From Alphaproteobacteria bacterium (GTDB lineage: Bacteria; Pseudomonadota; Alphaproteobacteria; SHVZ01): a stretch of DNA of 64,000 nucleotides. Location of the stretch: assembly GCA_009694025.1 (NCBI GenBank), contig SHVZ01000006.1:990-64989 (forward strand), in the 5' to 3' direction. The notes under the pieces were generated by a model. It saw nothing but the letters and a program-made list of their open reading frames with translations, did not search any database and was not told the DNA's origin. The translations under genes were made by a program, and so were the position numbers. Positions 20,214 through 30,921 of the stretch are shown here, one piece after another. Within the stretch, counting starts at the first letter, position 1. Each line of letters starts with the position of its first letter.

Positions 20214-21671
20214 ATGACTGCGCTCTTTGCCCGCGCTTTTCGACCGATACGCCGATGCGCGGTCCCAATCGGCGCCGCCGCCGTCATGGCCTTCTCACCG
20301 GAAGCGCTGGCCGCCGCCGACGTGGCGCATTTCGACGCCCGTAGCCTCGGCCTCGCCTGGATCGCTCCATTCGCCGGTTTGCTGCTGTCGATTGCCATCT
20401 TGCCGCTAGCCGCGCCGAGTCTGTGGCATCACCACCAGGGCAAGATTGCCGCTGCCTGGTCGTTGGCCTTCATATTGCCCTTCGCTGCCCTCCACGGTCC
20501 CGGGGTGGCCTTTGTCGAGGTGCTGCATACGGCACTCATCGAGTACGTGCCGTTCCTCATACTTCTCTTTGCCCTTTTCACGGTGGCCGGCGGCGTGCAC
20601 CTACGCGGCAATCTGCACGGGTCGCCCGGTGTCAATACGGGTCTTCTCGCCATCGGCACCGGACTTGCCAGCTTCACGGGAACCACCGGCGCCTCGATGC
20701 TGCTCGTCCGTCCGATGATCCGCGCCAACGACGCGCGGCGGCACAACGTCCACGTTGTCATCTTCTTCATCTTCCTGGTCGCCAACGTCGGCGGCTCGCT
20801 GACGCCGCTCGGCGACCCGCCGTTGTTCCTCGGATTCCTCCACGGCGTCGGCTTCTTCTGGACGATGACACACATGGCGGCACCACTCGCGGTGACCGCC
20901 GCGATCCTGCTCGCCCTCTTCTTCATGCTCGACACCTATCTTTATCGTAAGGAGGGCATCGAACCACCGCTGCCCGACCCGACGCCGGATTCGCAGCTCG
21001 GTATCGGCGGCAAGATCAACATCCTGCTGCTGCTCGGCGTAGTCGCGGCTGTGCTGGCGAGCGGCACCTTCGAGACCGGTGCGACGGTCGCGATCCTCGG
21101 CATCGAGGTGCCGGCGCCCGGCCTCGCCCGCGACGCGGTCCTGCTGGCAATTGCCTATCTGTCCTGGCGGTATACGCCGCAAAGCGCGCGCGAGGGCAAC
21201 GGCTTCGCCTGGGGGCCGATCATCGAGGTGGCGAAGCTGTTCGCCGGCATCTTCGTCACCATCATCCCGGCGATCGCCATGCTGCGCGCCGGCGCGGACG
21301 GCGCACTCGGCCCGGTCGTCCGACTGGTCACCGCCGCCGACGGCAGCCCGGTCAATGCCATGTATTTCTGGCTGACCGGCGGCCTCTCCGCCCTCCTCGA
21401 CAATGCGCCGACCTACCTCGTCTTCTTCAACGCCGCCGGTGGCGATGCCGAGCGGCTGATGGGACCGCTGGCCGGAACCCTGCTTGCGATCTCCGCCGGC
21501 TCGGTCTTCATGGGCGCGATGACCTATATCGGCAACGCCCCGAACTTCATGGTCAAGGCGATCGCCGAGGAGTCCGGCGTTCGCATGCCTGGTTTCTTCG
21601 GCTACATGCTGTGGTCGGTCTGCATCCTCACGCCCTGCTTCCTGCTGCTGACGTGGCTGTTCTTTCTCTAG
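20214..21671 (+). CDS. Ion transporter (IT) superfamily permease (putative Na+/H+ antiporter or citrate-type)
   Basis: GTTGASMLL, ANVGGSLTPLGDPPLFLG, LDNAPTY, YIGNAPNFMV. Confidence 0.88.
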   Translation: MTALFARAFRPIRRCAVPIGAAAVMAFSPEALAAADVAHFDARSLGLAWIAPFAGLLLSIAILPLAAPSLWHHHQGKIAAAWSLAFILPFAALHGPGVAFVEVLHTALIEYVPFLILLFALFTVAGGVHLRGNLHGSPGVNTGLLAIGTGLASFTGTTGASMLLVRPMIRANDARRHNVHVVIFFIFLVANVGGSLTPLGDPPLFLGFLHGVGFFWTMTHMAAPLAVTAAILLALFFMLDTYLYRKEGIEPPLPDPTPDSQLGIGGKINILLLLGVVAAVLASGTFETGATVAILGIEVPAPGLARDAVLLAIAYLSWRYTPQSAREGNGFAWGPIIEVAKLFAGIFVTIIPAIAMLRAGADGALGPVVRLVTAADGSPVNAMYFWLTGGLSALLDNAPTYLVFFNAAGGDAERLMGPLAGTLLAISAGSVFMGAMTYIGNAPNFMVKAIAEESGVRMPGFFGYMLWSVCILTPCFLLLTWLFFL

Positions 21672-21686
21672 ATCGGGACGAAGTTC

Positions 21687-22433
21687 ATGAGCAAGGTCAT
21701 CCTCGTCACCGGCGGCAGCCGCGGCATCGGCCGCGCCGCGGCCCGGCTCGCCGGCGCCCACGGCTGGTCGGTCGGCGTCAACTACGCCGGCAACGCCGAG
21801 GCAGCGGCCCGCACCGTGGCCGAGGTCGAGGCCGGCGGCGGCCGGGCCATCGCCATCCAGGGCGATGTCTCGGTCGAGTCCCAGGTCATCGCCATGTTCG
21901 ACGCGGTGACATCCGCGTTCGGCCGGCTCGACGGCCTGGTCAACAACGCCGGTATCATCGCGCCCATCCAGCCGCTGGTGGAGATGTCGGTCGATCGTCT
22001 TCGCCGCATCTTCGAGGTCAACATTCTCGGCGCCTACCTCTGCGCGCGCGAGGCCGCCCGCCGGATGTCGCGCTCGCGCGGCGGGCGGGGTGGCGCCATC
22101 GTCAACGTCTCCTCGGTCGCGGCCCGGCTCGGATCTCCCAACGAGTTCGTCGACTACGCTGGGTCCAAGGGCGCGCTCGACACGTTCACCATCGGCCTCT
22201 CGAAGGAGCTCGGGCCCGAGGGCATCCGAGTGAACGCGGTGCGGCCCGGCCTCATCGACACGGAGATCCACGCCGCCGCCGGGCGTCCGGACCGTGCCGC
22301 CGCACTCGGCAAGACCATGCCGCTCGGGCGCGCCGGGACCGCCGAGGAGGTCGGCGAGGCCATCGTCTGGCTGCTCGACGACGCCTCCTCCTACGTCTCG
22401 GGCTCGATCCTCGACGTTGCCGGCGGCCGCTGA
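21687..22433 (+). CDS. SDR family oxidoreductase
   Basis: TGGSRGIG, NNAG, YAGSK. Confidence 0.93.
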   Translation: MSKVILVTGGSRGIGRAAARLAGAHGWSVGVNYAGNAEAAARTVAEVEAGGGRAIAIQGDVSVESQVIAMFDAVTSAFGRLDGLVNNAGIIAPIQPLVEMSVDRLRRIFEVNILGAYLCAREAARRMSRSRGGRGGAIVNVSSVAARLGSPNEFVDYAGSKGALDTFTIGLSKELGPEGIRVNAVRPGLIDTEIHAAAGRPDRAAALGKTMPLGRAGTAEEVGEAIVWLLDDASSYVSGSILDVAGGR

Positions 22434-22474
22434 CCGATAGGGAAGGAGGCCGCCAGCGCCCGCCGCCGCAACCC

Positions 22475-24487
22475 TCACGCCGGCTGACGCTCCCGGCGCT
22501 TCCATCGCGGCCATTGCAGCGCAAGGACGAGAATCGCCAACGCGATGCCGATCGCTTGAGGATAGGGCACGTCCCAGCTTGTGAAGATATTCATGATGGC
22601 ATCGAGTGGACTCGGAAAGCAGAGCAGGAGGCCGGTGATGCCGAGGAGAACCCGCTCGGTCCCGGTCGTATCCGTGAGGAAGCGGCCCTTGATGGCACCG
22701 GCGAAAGCGGCAATTCCGACGGCGGCGACGAAGGTGATCCAGAGGACGTCGCCCCAGCCGGAACCCGGCGGAAACGCCAGGAGGAGGCCGAGGCCCTTGG
22801 GATCGAGGACGAACATGAACGGCGTGATGAACGCCGGCATCGTGTATTTCCACGATTGCAGCGTCGTCCGGTAGGGGTCGGCCCCGGTGATCGCCGCGGC
22901 GGCGAAGGGCGAGAGCGCGGTCGGCGGAGACACCTCCGAGAGGACGGCGTAGTAGAAGATGAACATGTGCGCGGCATAGTCGGGGACGCCGAGCTTGATC
23001 AACGCCGGTGCCGCGATGACCGCGCAGATGATGTAGGAAGCGGTCACCGGCACCGCGAGGCCGACGATCCAGACGATCAGCGCCGTGTAGACGGCGGTCA
23101 GCACCAGGCTGCCGCCGGCATAGTCGATGGCGATCGAGCTGAACTTGAGCCCGAGGCCGGTCAAGGTGACGACGCCGACGATGATGCCCGCCGCAGCGCA
23201 GGTGGTCGCGGCGTTGAGCACGCCGATGGTGCCATCGGCGAGCGCGCGCACCAGCTTCGGCGGCCAGATCGCGGTATCGCGGCGGAAGAAGCTGACGGCG
23301 AAGGTGATGACCGTCGACCAGAACACCGACAGCGTCGCCGAGAAGCCGGCGAGCATGAAGGCGATAATGGCGAACAGCGACAGGAAGTGGAACCAGTAGC
23401 GCCGGCTGATCTCGCCCAGGCTCGCGGTCGCGGTCTCCGGCCCAGTGTCGCTCGCGTATTGCCGGACGTCGAGCTCGACCATCACCAGCAGCGCCAGATA
23501 GTAGAGGAAGGTCGGGATCACCGCCATGCGGATGACGTCGAGGTAGGAGATCTTCAGGAACTCGGCGATGAGGAAGGCGGCGGCGCCGAGGACCGGCGGC
23601 GACAGGATGGCGCCGAGACCGCCTGCCGCGAGCAAGCCGCCGGCGGCGTCCGCCGGGTAGCCGATCTTCTTCAGCATCGGCCAGGCGACCGAGCCCAGGG
23701 TCACCGTGGTGGCGACGCCGGAGCCTGAGGGGCCGCCGAGGAGGAACGAGGCCAGCACGACCGTTCGTCCGGAGGAGCTCGGCTTCCCGCCCATGGCGGC
23801 GAAGGAGAAGTCGATGAAGAACTTGCCGGCGCCCGACTGCTGCAGGAAGGCGCCGTAGATGGTGAAGAGGATGATCAGGGTCGAGGAGACATCGACGGCG
23901 GTACCGAAGATGCCTTCGAGCGTCATGTAGAGGTGGCCGACCAGCCGGTCGAGATCGTAGCCGCGATGGGTCCAGGGCGGCGGCAGCGAGGGGCCGAAGA
24001 CCGCATAGAGGATGAAGCCGATGCCGATGGCCGGCATGATCCAGCCGGAGGTCCGCCGAGTCGCCTCCAGGACCAGGAGCACGAAAACGATCCCTACGGC
24101 AGTATCCGTCCGGTTCGGCAGCGAGGCCCGGTCGGTGAAATCGTCGCCTCCCATCAGCATGTAGACGATGGTGGCGACCGCCGCCGCCGCCATCGCCCAG
24201 TCCCAGGGCATGATGCGGTTGCGAAAGCCCTGCGCGATCGGGAACAGGAGGAAGGTGAGGACGAGGATGCAGGCGACGTGCACCGGGCGCAGCGTCTGCG
24301 TCGGCACGATGTCGTAGGCGGCGTAGAGGTGGAAGAGCGATACCCCGATGGCGAGCGCGGTTACCGCAGGGCCGAGCCACCCCTTGAGCCGATTGGTCGC
24401 CCCCTCCTCCGCCTCGACGAACTCCGCCGCCTTGCGGAGCGCCACCTCGTCGACCGCCGCGACCGGCAGCGCCTTTTCCTCGGCCAT
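22475..24487 (-). CDS. TRAP transporter fused (4TM/12TM) permease, TAXI type
   Basis: EGIFG, PPVLGAAAFL, SEVSPP; many TM helices. Confidence 0.9.
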   Translation of the reverse strand: MAEEKALPVAAVDEVALRKAAEFVEAEEGATNRLKGWLGPAVTALAIGVSLFHLYAAYDIVPTQTLRPVHVACILVLTFLLFPIAQGFRNRIMPWDWAMAAAAVATIVYMLMGGDDFTDRASLPNRTDTAVGIVFVLLVLEATRRTSGWIMPAIGIGFILYAVFGPSLPPPWTHRGYDLDRLVGHLYMTLEGIFGTAVDVSSTLIILFTIYGAFLQQSGAGKFFIDFSFAAMGGKPSSSGRTVVLASFLLGGPSGSGVATTVTLGSVAWPMLKKIGYPADAAGGLLAAGGLGAILSPPVLGAAAFLIAEFLKISYLDVIRMAVIPTFLYYLALLVMVELDVRQYASDTGPETATASLGEISRRYWFHFLSLFAIIAFMLAGFSATLSVFWSTVITFAVSFFRRDTAIWPPKLVRALADGTIGVLNAATTCAAAGIIVGVVTLTGLGLKFSSIAIDYAGGSLVLTAVYTALIVWIVGLAVPVTASYIICAVIAAPALIKLGVPDYAAHMFIFYYAVLSEVSPPTALSPFAAAAITGADPYRTTLQSWKYTMPAFITPFMFVLDPKGLGLLLAFPPGSGWGDVLWITFVAAVGIAAFAGAIKGRFLTDTTGTERVLLGITGLLLCFPSPLDAIMNIFTSWDVPYPQAIGIALAILVLALQWPRWKRRERQPA

Positions 24488-24509
24488 GCGCCCTCCCCTA
24501 CAACGACAC

Positions 24510-24540
24510 GGCCCCGATCCGCCTTCGGCGAATCGGGGCC
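24510..24540. other. Intercistronic stem-loop between the TAXI SBP and permease genes
   Basis: GGCCCCGATcCGCC-TTC-GGCGaATCGGGGCC inverted repeat. Confidence 0.65.
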
Positions 24541-24568
24541 GCAGTCTCCGTGACCGACGGTCGCCGAC

Positions 24569-25531
24569 CTATTTGACGGTGATGCCCTTCTCGGCGAAGT
24601 ACTTGATGGCGCCCGGGTGGAAGCTGACGGGCGTGTTCTCGTTCTTCTGGTACTTGAGATCGAAGTTCCTGGCCTCCTGGTGCACGTTGATCAGGTCGGG
24701 CTTCTTGTCGAACATCATCTTGACGATGTCGTAGGCGACCTTCTCCGGCATGGCCTCGTTGACGACCAGGAGATTCCAGACGCTGGCGATCTGGTTGTCG
24801 CCGGTCATGCCCGGATACGTGGAGGGCGGGATCACGTCCTTGGAATAGAGCGGTCCGTACTTCTTGTTCATGGCTTCGACGGCGTCGGCGTGGTCGATCA
24901 TCTTGATCTTGGTGCCGGGAGTCGCGGCGAGGTCGGTCACCGCCGCTGTCGGCAGGCCACCGACCCAGAAGAAGGCGTCGATCTTCTTGTCCTTGATCGC
25001 GTTGACGGACTCGGCAACGCCGAGCCGCTCGCGCCTCATGTCCTTGTCCTTGTCGAGGCCCACGGCCTCGATCAGACGGAAGGCCATGACCTCGGTGGCG
25101 CTGCCGGGCGACCCGGCCGAGACGCGCTTGCCCTTGAGGTCGGCCATCTTGGCGATGCCCATGCCCTCGACGCTGACGACGTGCATGCGGTTCGGGTACA
25201 TGACCATCAGGGCCTTGGCGGGGACCTTCCCGTCCTTGAACTTGTCCTCGCCGTTGATCGCGTCCAGCGCCGCGTCGGCCATGGTCATCGCGACCTCGGC
25301 CTTCTTGGCGCCGAGGAGCTTCAGATTGTCGACCGAGCCGCCGGTGACCTCGGCCGTCGCCTGGTAACCCGGGATCTTCGACAAGAGGTTGGCCATCCCG
25401 CCGCCGAGCGGATAGTAGACGCCGCCGGTGCCGCCGGTGACGATCGAGAGCTTGACGTCCTGGGCCGCCGCCGGCGCGGCGATCCCGGCCGCGAGGGCCG
25501 CGGCGAGAAGAATGTTGCGGATGCGCGCCAT
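24569..25531 (-). CDS. TAXI family TRAP substrate-binding protein
   Basis: Signal peptide; TGGTGGVYYPLG, TGGSVDN, GSPGSAT, HPGAIKY. Confidence 0.93.
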   Translation of the reverse strand: MARIRNILLAAALAAGIAAPAAAQDVKLSIVTGGTGGVYYPLGGGMANLLSKIPGYQATAEVTGGSVDNLKLLGAKKAEVAMTMADAALDAINGEDKFKDGKVPAKALMVMYPNRMHVVSVEGMGIAKMADLKGKRVSAGSPGSATEVMAFRLIEAVGLDKDKDMRRERLGVAESVNAIKDKKIDAFFWVGGLPTAAVTDLAATPGTKIKMIDHADAVEAMNKKYGPLYSKDVIPPSTYPGMTGDNQIASVWNLLVVNEAMPEKVAYDIVKMMFDKKPDLINVHQEARNFDLKYQKNENTPVSFHPGAIKYFAEKGITVK

Positions 25532-25655
25532 GAACTTTCTCTCCCTTTGCACGGTGTTTTCCGTACCTTAGCAACCATGAGCGGCCGGCGAAAGCCGCTT
25601 GCCCAGGACGGCGCTCGCCGCTACGGTCGCGGCCCACCCATTCAGAGGCGATGCC

Positions 25656-26264
25656 ATGGAGATGACCGGCGAGCAGCGCCTGCCTGCCCCGCGCGACGTC
25701 GTATGGGCGGCGCTCAATGATCCGGAGGTCTTGAGGCAGTCCATTCCCGGCTGCGAGGAGATCGAGAAGCTCTCGGATACCGAGATGACGGCCAAGGTCT
25801 CGGCCAAGGTCGGTCCGGTCTCCGCCAAGTTCACCGGCACGGTCACGCTCGCCGATCTCGATCCGCCCAACGGCTACACAATTTCGGGTGAGGGCAAGGG
25901 GGGTGTCGCCGGCTTCGCCAAGGGCGGGGCCAAGGTCACGCTCGAGCCGGACGGCGACGGCACGATCCTGCGCTATGAAGTCACCGCCAGCGTCGGCGGC
26001 AAGCTCGCCCAGATCGGCTCCCGCCTGATCGACGCTACCGCCAAGAAGATGGCGGGGGAGTTCTTCACCCGCTTCAACGCGATCGTCTCGGCCAGGGCCG
26101 GGGTCACGCCGGCCGCCGTCGCCGAGGAGGTGCCGCCAGCATTGCCGGCGCTGGGCTCGATGCTCGGCGGCGTGGCGGCACCGCGTTCGGGCTTGAGCCC
26201 GATGACCTGGGTCTCGCTGATCGTCGTCATCGTGCTCCTTGTGCTCACCATCGTGATGCGATGA
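25656..26264 (+). CDS. CoxG/SRPBCC family protein with C-terminal membrane anchor
   Basis: [30 protein letters not shown]; no other cox genes nearby. Confidence 0.88.
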   Translation: MEMTGEQRLPAPRDVVWAALNDPEVLRQSIPGCEEIEKLSDTEMTAKVSAKVGPVSAKFTGTVTLADLDPPNGYTISGEGKGGVAGFAKGGAKVTLEPDGDGTILRYEVTASVGGKLAQIGSRLIDATAKKMAGEFFTRFNAIVSARAGVTPAAVAEEVPPALPALGSMLGGVAAPRSGLSPMTWVSLIVVIVLLVLTIVMR

Positions 26265-27856
26265 CGGTCGCTGACGACCGCTCGCTGGCGAGGCACGCCC
26301 GCGCCTGGCCCTTCGAGGAGGCGCGACGCGTGGTCGCCCGCTACGAGCAAGCGCCGTCGGCGAAGGGCCATGTGCTGTTCGAAACCGGCTACGGTCCCTC
26401 CGGCCTGCCGCATATCGGCACCTTCGGTGAGGTCGCGCGCACCACCATGGTACGCCAGGCCTTCCGCCGCCTCTCCGACATCCCGGCCCGCCTCATCGCC
26501 TTCTCCGACGACATGGACGGGCTCCGCAAGGTCCCGGACAACGTGCCGAACCCGGAGAAGCTCCGGGAATACTTCGGCCAGCCGCTGACCTCGATCCCCG
26601 ACCCGTTCGGCTCGAACGAGAGCTTCGGCGCCGCCAACAACACGCGGCTTCGCGCCTTCCTCGACGGTTTCGGCTTCGAGTACGAGTTCCTGTCGGCGAC
26701 CGAGTGCTACCGCTCCGGTCGTTTCGACGAGACCTTGAGGAAAATCCTCGTCCACTACGACGAGGTCATCAACGTCGTGCTGCCGACGCTCGGGTCCGAG
26801 CGACAGGCGACCTACAGTCCGTTCCTTCCGGTTTCGCCCCGCAACGGCAAGGTGCTGCAGGTGCCGATCGTCGCGCGCGACGTCGACGCCGGCACCGTCA
26901 GCTACCGCGACCCCGACACGAACGCCTTGACGGAGGTGCCGGTGATCCGCGGCGGCTGCAAGCTGCAGTGGAAATGCGACTGGGCGATGCGCTGGGTGGC
27001 GCTCGGCGTCGACTACGAGATGTCCGGCAAGGACCTGATCGACTCGGTCAAGCTGTCGAGCCAGATCTGCCGCGTCCTCGGCATGACGCCGCCGGAAGGC
27101 TTCAACTACGAGCTCTTCCTGGATGAGAAGGGCCAGAAGATCTCGAAGTCCAAGGGCAACGGCCTCGCCGTCGAGGAGTGGCTGCGCTACGCGCCGGCCG
27201 AGAGCCTGGCCCTCTACATGTTCCAGTCGCCGCGGAAGGCGAAGCGCCTGTTCTTCGACGTGATTCCGCGCGCGGTCGACGACTACCTGACGTTCATCGA
27301 GAAGTATGCGGCCGAGGGCCCGGAGAGGCGGATCGAGAATCCGGTCTGGCATCTGCACGACGGCCACCCGCCCCAGGCCTCCTCGCCGCTCGGCTTCGGC
27401 CTGCTGCTCAACCTCGCCAGCGTCGCCCATGCCGAGGACAAGAGCGCGATGTGGGGCTTCATCAGCCGCTACTTCCCCGCGGCGACGCCGGCAACCGAGC
27501 CGTTCCTCGATCGGCTGGTCGGCCATGCGGTCGCCTACTACAAGGACCAGATCAAGCCGGCGAAGCACTACCGGCCGGCGACCGAGATGGAGCGGAAGGC
27601 GCTGGACGACCTGGCGAGGGTGCTGGCGGAGGCGCCGTCCGGCGCCGATGCCGAGACGTTGCAGAGTCTGGTCTACGAGGTCGGCAAGCGCCACGCCTTC
27701 GCCGATCTCCGTGCCTTCTTCCAGGCACTCTACGAGATCCTGCTGGGACAGAGCCAGGGGCCGCGTTTCGGCGGCTTCGTCGCTCTCTACGGCGTCAAGG
27801 AGACGGTCGCCCTTATCCGCCGAGCGCTTGCCGGCGAGGACCTGGCGAAGGATTGA
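26261..27856 (+). CDS. lysS: Lysine--tRNA ligase, class I
   Basis: [14 protein letters not shown] (HIGH-like), KISKSKGN (KMSKS-like), GPRFG. Confidence 0.95.
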   Translation: MTVADDRSLARHARAWPFEEARRVVARYEQAPSAKGHVLFETGYGPSGLPHIGTFGEVARTTMVRQAFRRLSDIPARLIAFSDDMDGLRKVPDNVPNPEKLREYFGQPLTSIPDPFGSNESFGAANNTRLRAFLDGFGFEYEFLSATECYRSGRFDETLRKILVHYDEVINVVLPTLGSERQATYSPFLPVSPRNGKVLQVPIVARDVDAGTVSYRDPDTNALTEVPVIRGGCKLQWKCDWAMRWVALGVDYEMSGKDLIDSVKLSSQICRVLGMTPPEGFNYELFLDEKGQKISKSKGNGLAVEEWLRYAPAESLALYMFQSPRKAKRLFFDVIPRAVDDYLTFIEKYAAEGPERRIENPVWHLHDGHPPQASSPLGFGLLLNLASVAHAEDKSAMWGFISRYFPAATPATEPFLDRLVGHAVAYYKDQIKPAKHYRPATEMERKALDDLARVLAEAPSGADAETLQSLVYEVGKRHAFADLRAFFQALYEILLGQSQGPRFGGFVALYGVKETVALIRRALAGEDLAKD

Positions 27857-27863
27857 CGGACCG

Positions 27864-27942
27864 CCTCGCCCTTCGACAGGCTCAGGGTGAGGCTACTGAG
27901 ACTTATCAGTCGGCCTCACCCTGAGCCTGTCGAAGGGCGAGG
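27864..27942. repeat. REP-like palindromic element with perfect 30-bp arms, between convergent genes
   Basis: CCTCGCCCTTCGACAGGCTCAGGGTGAGGC (27864-27893) is the exact reverse complement of 27913-27942; internal ACTGA/TCAGT extension. Confidence 0.85.
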
Positions 27943-27954
27943 GCGCCGCTCCGG

Positions 27955-28791
27955 CTACCCCCCCTTGTGGGCGAATTCCCAGTAGAGCTCGCGGGCACGC
28001 TTGTAGACGGGGCCGGCTTGCAGGTGTCGGTCCTCGACCCGGGTGCACGGCTGCACCTTGGCGTAGTTGCCCGACGAGAACACTTCGTCCGCCTCCAGCA
28101 CCTCCTTCACCTTGACCGCCCGCTCCTCGACGGGGTGGCCGGCCTTGCGCAGGAGGTCGATGATGCGCGCCCGCGTCACGCCCGGAAGGAAGGTGCCGTT
28201 GAGCTGCGGGGTATGGACGACCCTGTCCTTGACGAAGAACAGGTTGGCGGTGGCGAACTCGGCGACGTTGCCGTTGAGGTCGCGAACGATGCCGTTCTCG
28301 AAGCCCTTGGCCTTGGCCTCGGCCATGATGCGACCGGCCAGCGGATAGAGGCAGCTCGCCTTGGCGTCGGTCGGCGCCGTCTCCGGCGAAGGGCGACGGA
28401 ACTGCGAGACGCAGGCCGAGAACCCGCCCTTGGGCAGCGGCGACTCGTAGACCGAGATCATGAAGCGCGTGGTCGCGGGATCGGGATCGATCCAGCCGCC
28501 TTCGGCGAAGAACATCGGCCGGATATAGAGCTCGGCTCCTTTCGGAAACTTGCGCACCCCCTCCTTGGCGATCTCCTCGATCTCGCCGGCGCTCAGCATC
28601 GGCTTCAAGCCCATGGTCTCGGCCGAGCGGAGCGCGCGCGCGCAATGCCGATCGAGGTCCGGTGTCACGCCCTCGAAGGCGCGGGCGCCGTCGAAGATGA
28701 TCGAGGAGAGCCAGGTCGCATGGCTCATCGGACCGAGCACGGGCGGGTTTCCTTCGACCCAGTGGCAGTCGATATAGGTCCAGGCTTTCAT
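27955..28791 (-). CDS. Branched-chain amino acid aminotransferase (class IV PLP)
   Basis: FDGARAFEG, LYIRP, AKASCLY, EFATANLF, FLPGVTR. Confidence 0.9.
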   Translation of the reverse strand: MKAWTYIDCHWVEGNPPVLGPMSHATWLSSIIFDGARAFEGVTPDLDRHCARALRSAETMGLKPMLSAGEIEEIAKEGVRKFPKGAELYIRPMFFAEGGWIDPDPATTRFMISVYESPLPKGGFSACVSQFRRPSPETAPTDAKASCLYPLAGRIMAEAKAKGFENGIVRDLNGNVAEFATANLFFVKDRVVHTPQLNGTFLPGVTRARIIDLLRKAGHPVEERAVKVKEVLEADEVFSSGNYAKVQPCTRVEDRHLQAGPVYKRARELYWEFAHKGG

Positions 28792-28845
28792 GGGCGCTCC
28801 GAACGGCAAGGTCCCCGGGAGTGTAGCCGTGCGATTCCTGGGACG

Positions 28846-29046
28846 CTACCCGGTGTCCTCGGGTGGCGGCTCACCCGGGTCCGGCGCCTCGTCGGTCGGA
28901 ACGCGGTAGCCGCCGCCGAGCCAGCGATGCAGATCGACGTCGGTGCAGCGCTGCGAGCAGAACGGCTTGTACGCCACCTCCGGCGGCTTGCCGCAGATCG
29001 GACACTTCGCCGGCTTGCGATCGGCAAGACGGGTCACCTCGGCCAT
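28846..29046 (-). CDS. yacG: DNA gyrase inhibitor YacG
   Basis: CPICGKP...PFCSQRCTDVDLHRWL. Confidence 0.92.
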   Translation of the reverse strand: MAEVTRLADRKPAKCPICGKPPEVAYKPFCSQRCTDVDLHRWLGGGYRVPTDEAPDPGEPPPEDTG

Positions 29047-29048
29047 CG

Positions 29049-30332
29049 TCAGTCCCTCACCACCTCGAACCGTTCCAGTCCGTAACCCGGCCTCACCTCG
29101 AGCGCAACCGGGCGTGCGACCTCGGCCAGCGCCGCCTGGCCGGCGCCAGCGAGCCAGCCGATGACGTCGGACGACGCGACCAACCGGAGCCGCGCGCCTT
29201 CGGCACGCGCGAGCGCGCGAAGCGCTGCCAGCGCGGCCGTCTCGGCCGTCGGCCGCTGCTCCGGCACGTCGAGAAGCCGGGCCGCGAGGCTGGGCCCGAG
29301 CCTGGGGCGCGTCATCTCGTAGAGGCCGGCGCGCGTCCATCCCATGCAGTCGATGCCCAGCGGATCGTCAGCGACCGCCGCCTTCATCGCCGCGTCGACC
29401 CGGGCGCGTTCGGCCTTCCCGTCGAGGAACGGAAAATCGACGACCAAGGTTCCGCCGAGATCGCGAAGCCGGATCAGACCGCCAAGCTCCCGCGCCGCCG
29501 CTAGGCAGAGGGCGAGCCGGTCGCCGGTGCCGTTGACGTCGATCGCCGTCAGCGTCTCACCCTCCTCGACCAGGAGCCGGCCTTGGGGGACCTCGATCTC
29601 GCGGGCTAGCGCGCGGGCGAGTTCATCCTCGATCCCGAGCGCCTCGAAAGGCCGCTCGACCTTTTCCACCGCGACCGGCGAGCGGGTCCGCAGCCTTGCC
29701 AGGGTGGCGGCGTCACCGGCGACGATCCGCGTCGGCCGGCTTCGTCGTATCAGGAAAAGGACGGGATCGGGCGGGCTCCACAGCAAGGCTGGTGGCGCCA
29801 CGTCGAGGCGTGTCTCGACCTCCCGCCAGGTCTGCCTGAGCTCGCCGCAGATCGCCTCGAGGTCGTCGGTCTCGCGGGCCCTCGAACGGACCAGCACGCC
29901 GGGCGGCGACACCTCGCCGCCGAGGATCGCCTTCAGCCGCGCCCGGAACCGCCGTCTCGCCGCGTCCGGTAGCTTTCTTGAAACGGCGACGCCGGGCTGG
30001 GTCGGGGTTAGTGCCAGCGGGCCACTATCCAGCACGAGAACCCGCGTGACCTCCGGCCCCTTGGTCGCGACCGCGTCCTTCGCCACCTGGACCGCGAACG
30101 CCGAGCCCTCCACGACCTTGTCGCCGATATCCGGCAGGAAAGCCGGCATTCGCCCGCCGATGTCGAGGAATGCGCCGATGCCCGCCTCGACACGCAGAAC
30201 GCGGGCCGAATGGATGGTGCCGATGCGGCTGGCCGCACCTAAGCGATCGAGGCGCACCTCGATCGTGCGCCCGCCCTCGCGGATGGCGATGCGGGTTTCG
30301 CCGGGGTTCCGCTCGACGATGAGCTCGTTCAC
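29049..30332 (-). CDS. Ribonuclease E/G family protein (short form)
   Basis: S1-like N-terminus; AIDVNG, IRLRDLGGTLVVDF; GTGA overlap with the maf stop. Confidence 0.85.
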   Translation of the reverse strand: MNELIVERNPGETRIAIREGGRTIEVRLDRLGAASRIGTIHSARVLRVEAGIGAFLDIGGRMPAFLPDIGDKVVEGSAFAVQVAKDAVATKGPEVTRVLVLDSGPLALTPTQPGVAVSRKLPDAARRRFRARLKAILGGEVSPPGVLVRSRARETDDLEAICGELRQTWREVETRLDVAPPALLWSPPDPVLFLIRRSRPTRIVAGDAATLARLRTRSPVAVEKVERPFEALGIEDELARALAREIEVPQGRLLVEEGETLTAIDVNGTGDRLALCLAAARELGGLIRLRDLGGTLVVDFPFLDGKAERARVDAAMKAAVADDPLGIDCMGWTRAGLYEMTRPRLGPSLAARLLDVPEQRPTAETAALAALRALARAEGARLRLVASSDVIGWLAGAGQAALAEVARPVALEVRPGYGLERFEVVRD

Positions 30333-30916
30333 CGGAAGCCGAGTCCGTAGAGAAGCGCGTAGGCTTCGGCGAGGGCGAGGCCGACGACGTTGGAGTAGGA
30401 GCCGCGGATCTGGGTCACGTAGGCGGCGGCGCGGCCCTGAACGGCGTAGCCCCCGGCCTTGCCCTGCCACTCGCCGCTGTCGATGTATCCCTCGATCTCC
30501 GCCTCGGTCATCCGCTTGAACGCGACGACGGTGGTGACAAGGCGCTGGCGCCGCGTGCCGTCGGGTCCGCGCGCGGCGATGCCGCCAATCACCCGGTGGC
30601 GCCGGCCGGACAGGCGGCTGAGGCAATCATGGGCCTCGTTCCGCGTCTCCGCCTTCGGCAGCACGCGGCGGCCGAGGGCGACGACGGTGTCGGCGGCCAG
30701 CACGAAGGCGTCGGGGTGGCGGGGCGCGATCGCGTCGAGCTTGGCCACGGCGAGGCGTATCGCCAGGGCGGCCGGCAATTCGCGCTCGATCGGGGTCTCG
30801 TCGACATCGGCGGCCTCGATCGTGTCTGGCGGCCAGCCAACCTGGGCCAGGAGCTCGCGACGCCGCGCCGAGGCCGAGGCGAGCACCAGGGGCGCGCGCC
30901 GGGGCGCCGCAGCCAT
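30329..30916 (-). CDS. maf: Maf family nucleotide pyrophosphatase
   Basis: LASASARRRELL, AADTVV, GKAGGY, SNVVGL. Confidence 0.93.
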   Translation of the reverse strand: MAAAPRRAPLVLASASARRRELLAQVGWPPDTIEAADVDETPIERELPAALAIRLAVAKLDAIAPRHPDAFVLAADTVVALGRRVLPKAETRNEAHDCLSRLSGRRHRVIGGIAARGPDGTRRQRLVTTVVAFKRMTEAEIEGYIDSGEWQGKAGGYAVQGRAAAYVTQIRGSYSNVVGLALAEAYALLYGLGFR

Positions 30917-30921
30917 CAAAC

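Noticed and set aside
20601-24380. 1259-aa ORF and other long shadow ORFs (14271..17033, 31176..33704, 4058..6058, 55568..57598)
   Set aside because: Antisense or alternative-frame shadows of real genes, with Arg/Gly/Ala-rich or motif-free translations typical of high-GC DNA.
26261-27856. Class I LysRS as a novelty
   Set aside because: Well known in Alphaproteobacteria.
29049-30332. RNase E/G lacking the Zn-link CxxC as a pseudogene
   Set aside because: The frame is intact, catalytic Asp motifs are kept, and short forms are usual in the maf-yacG locus.
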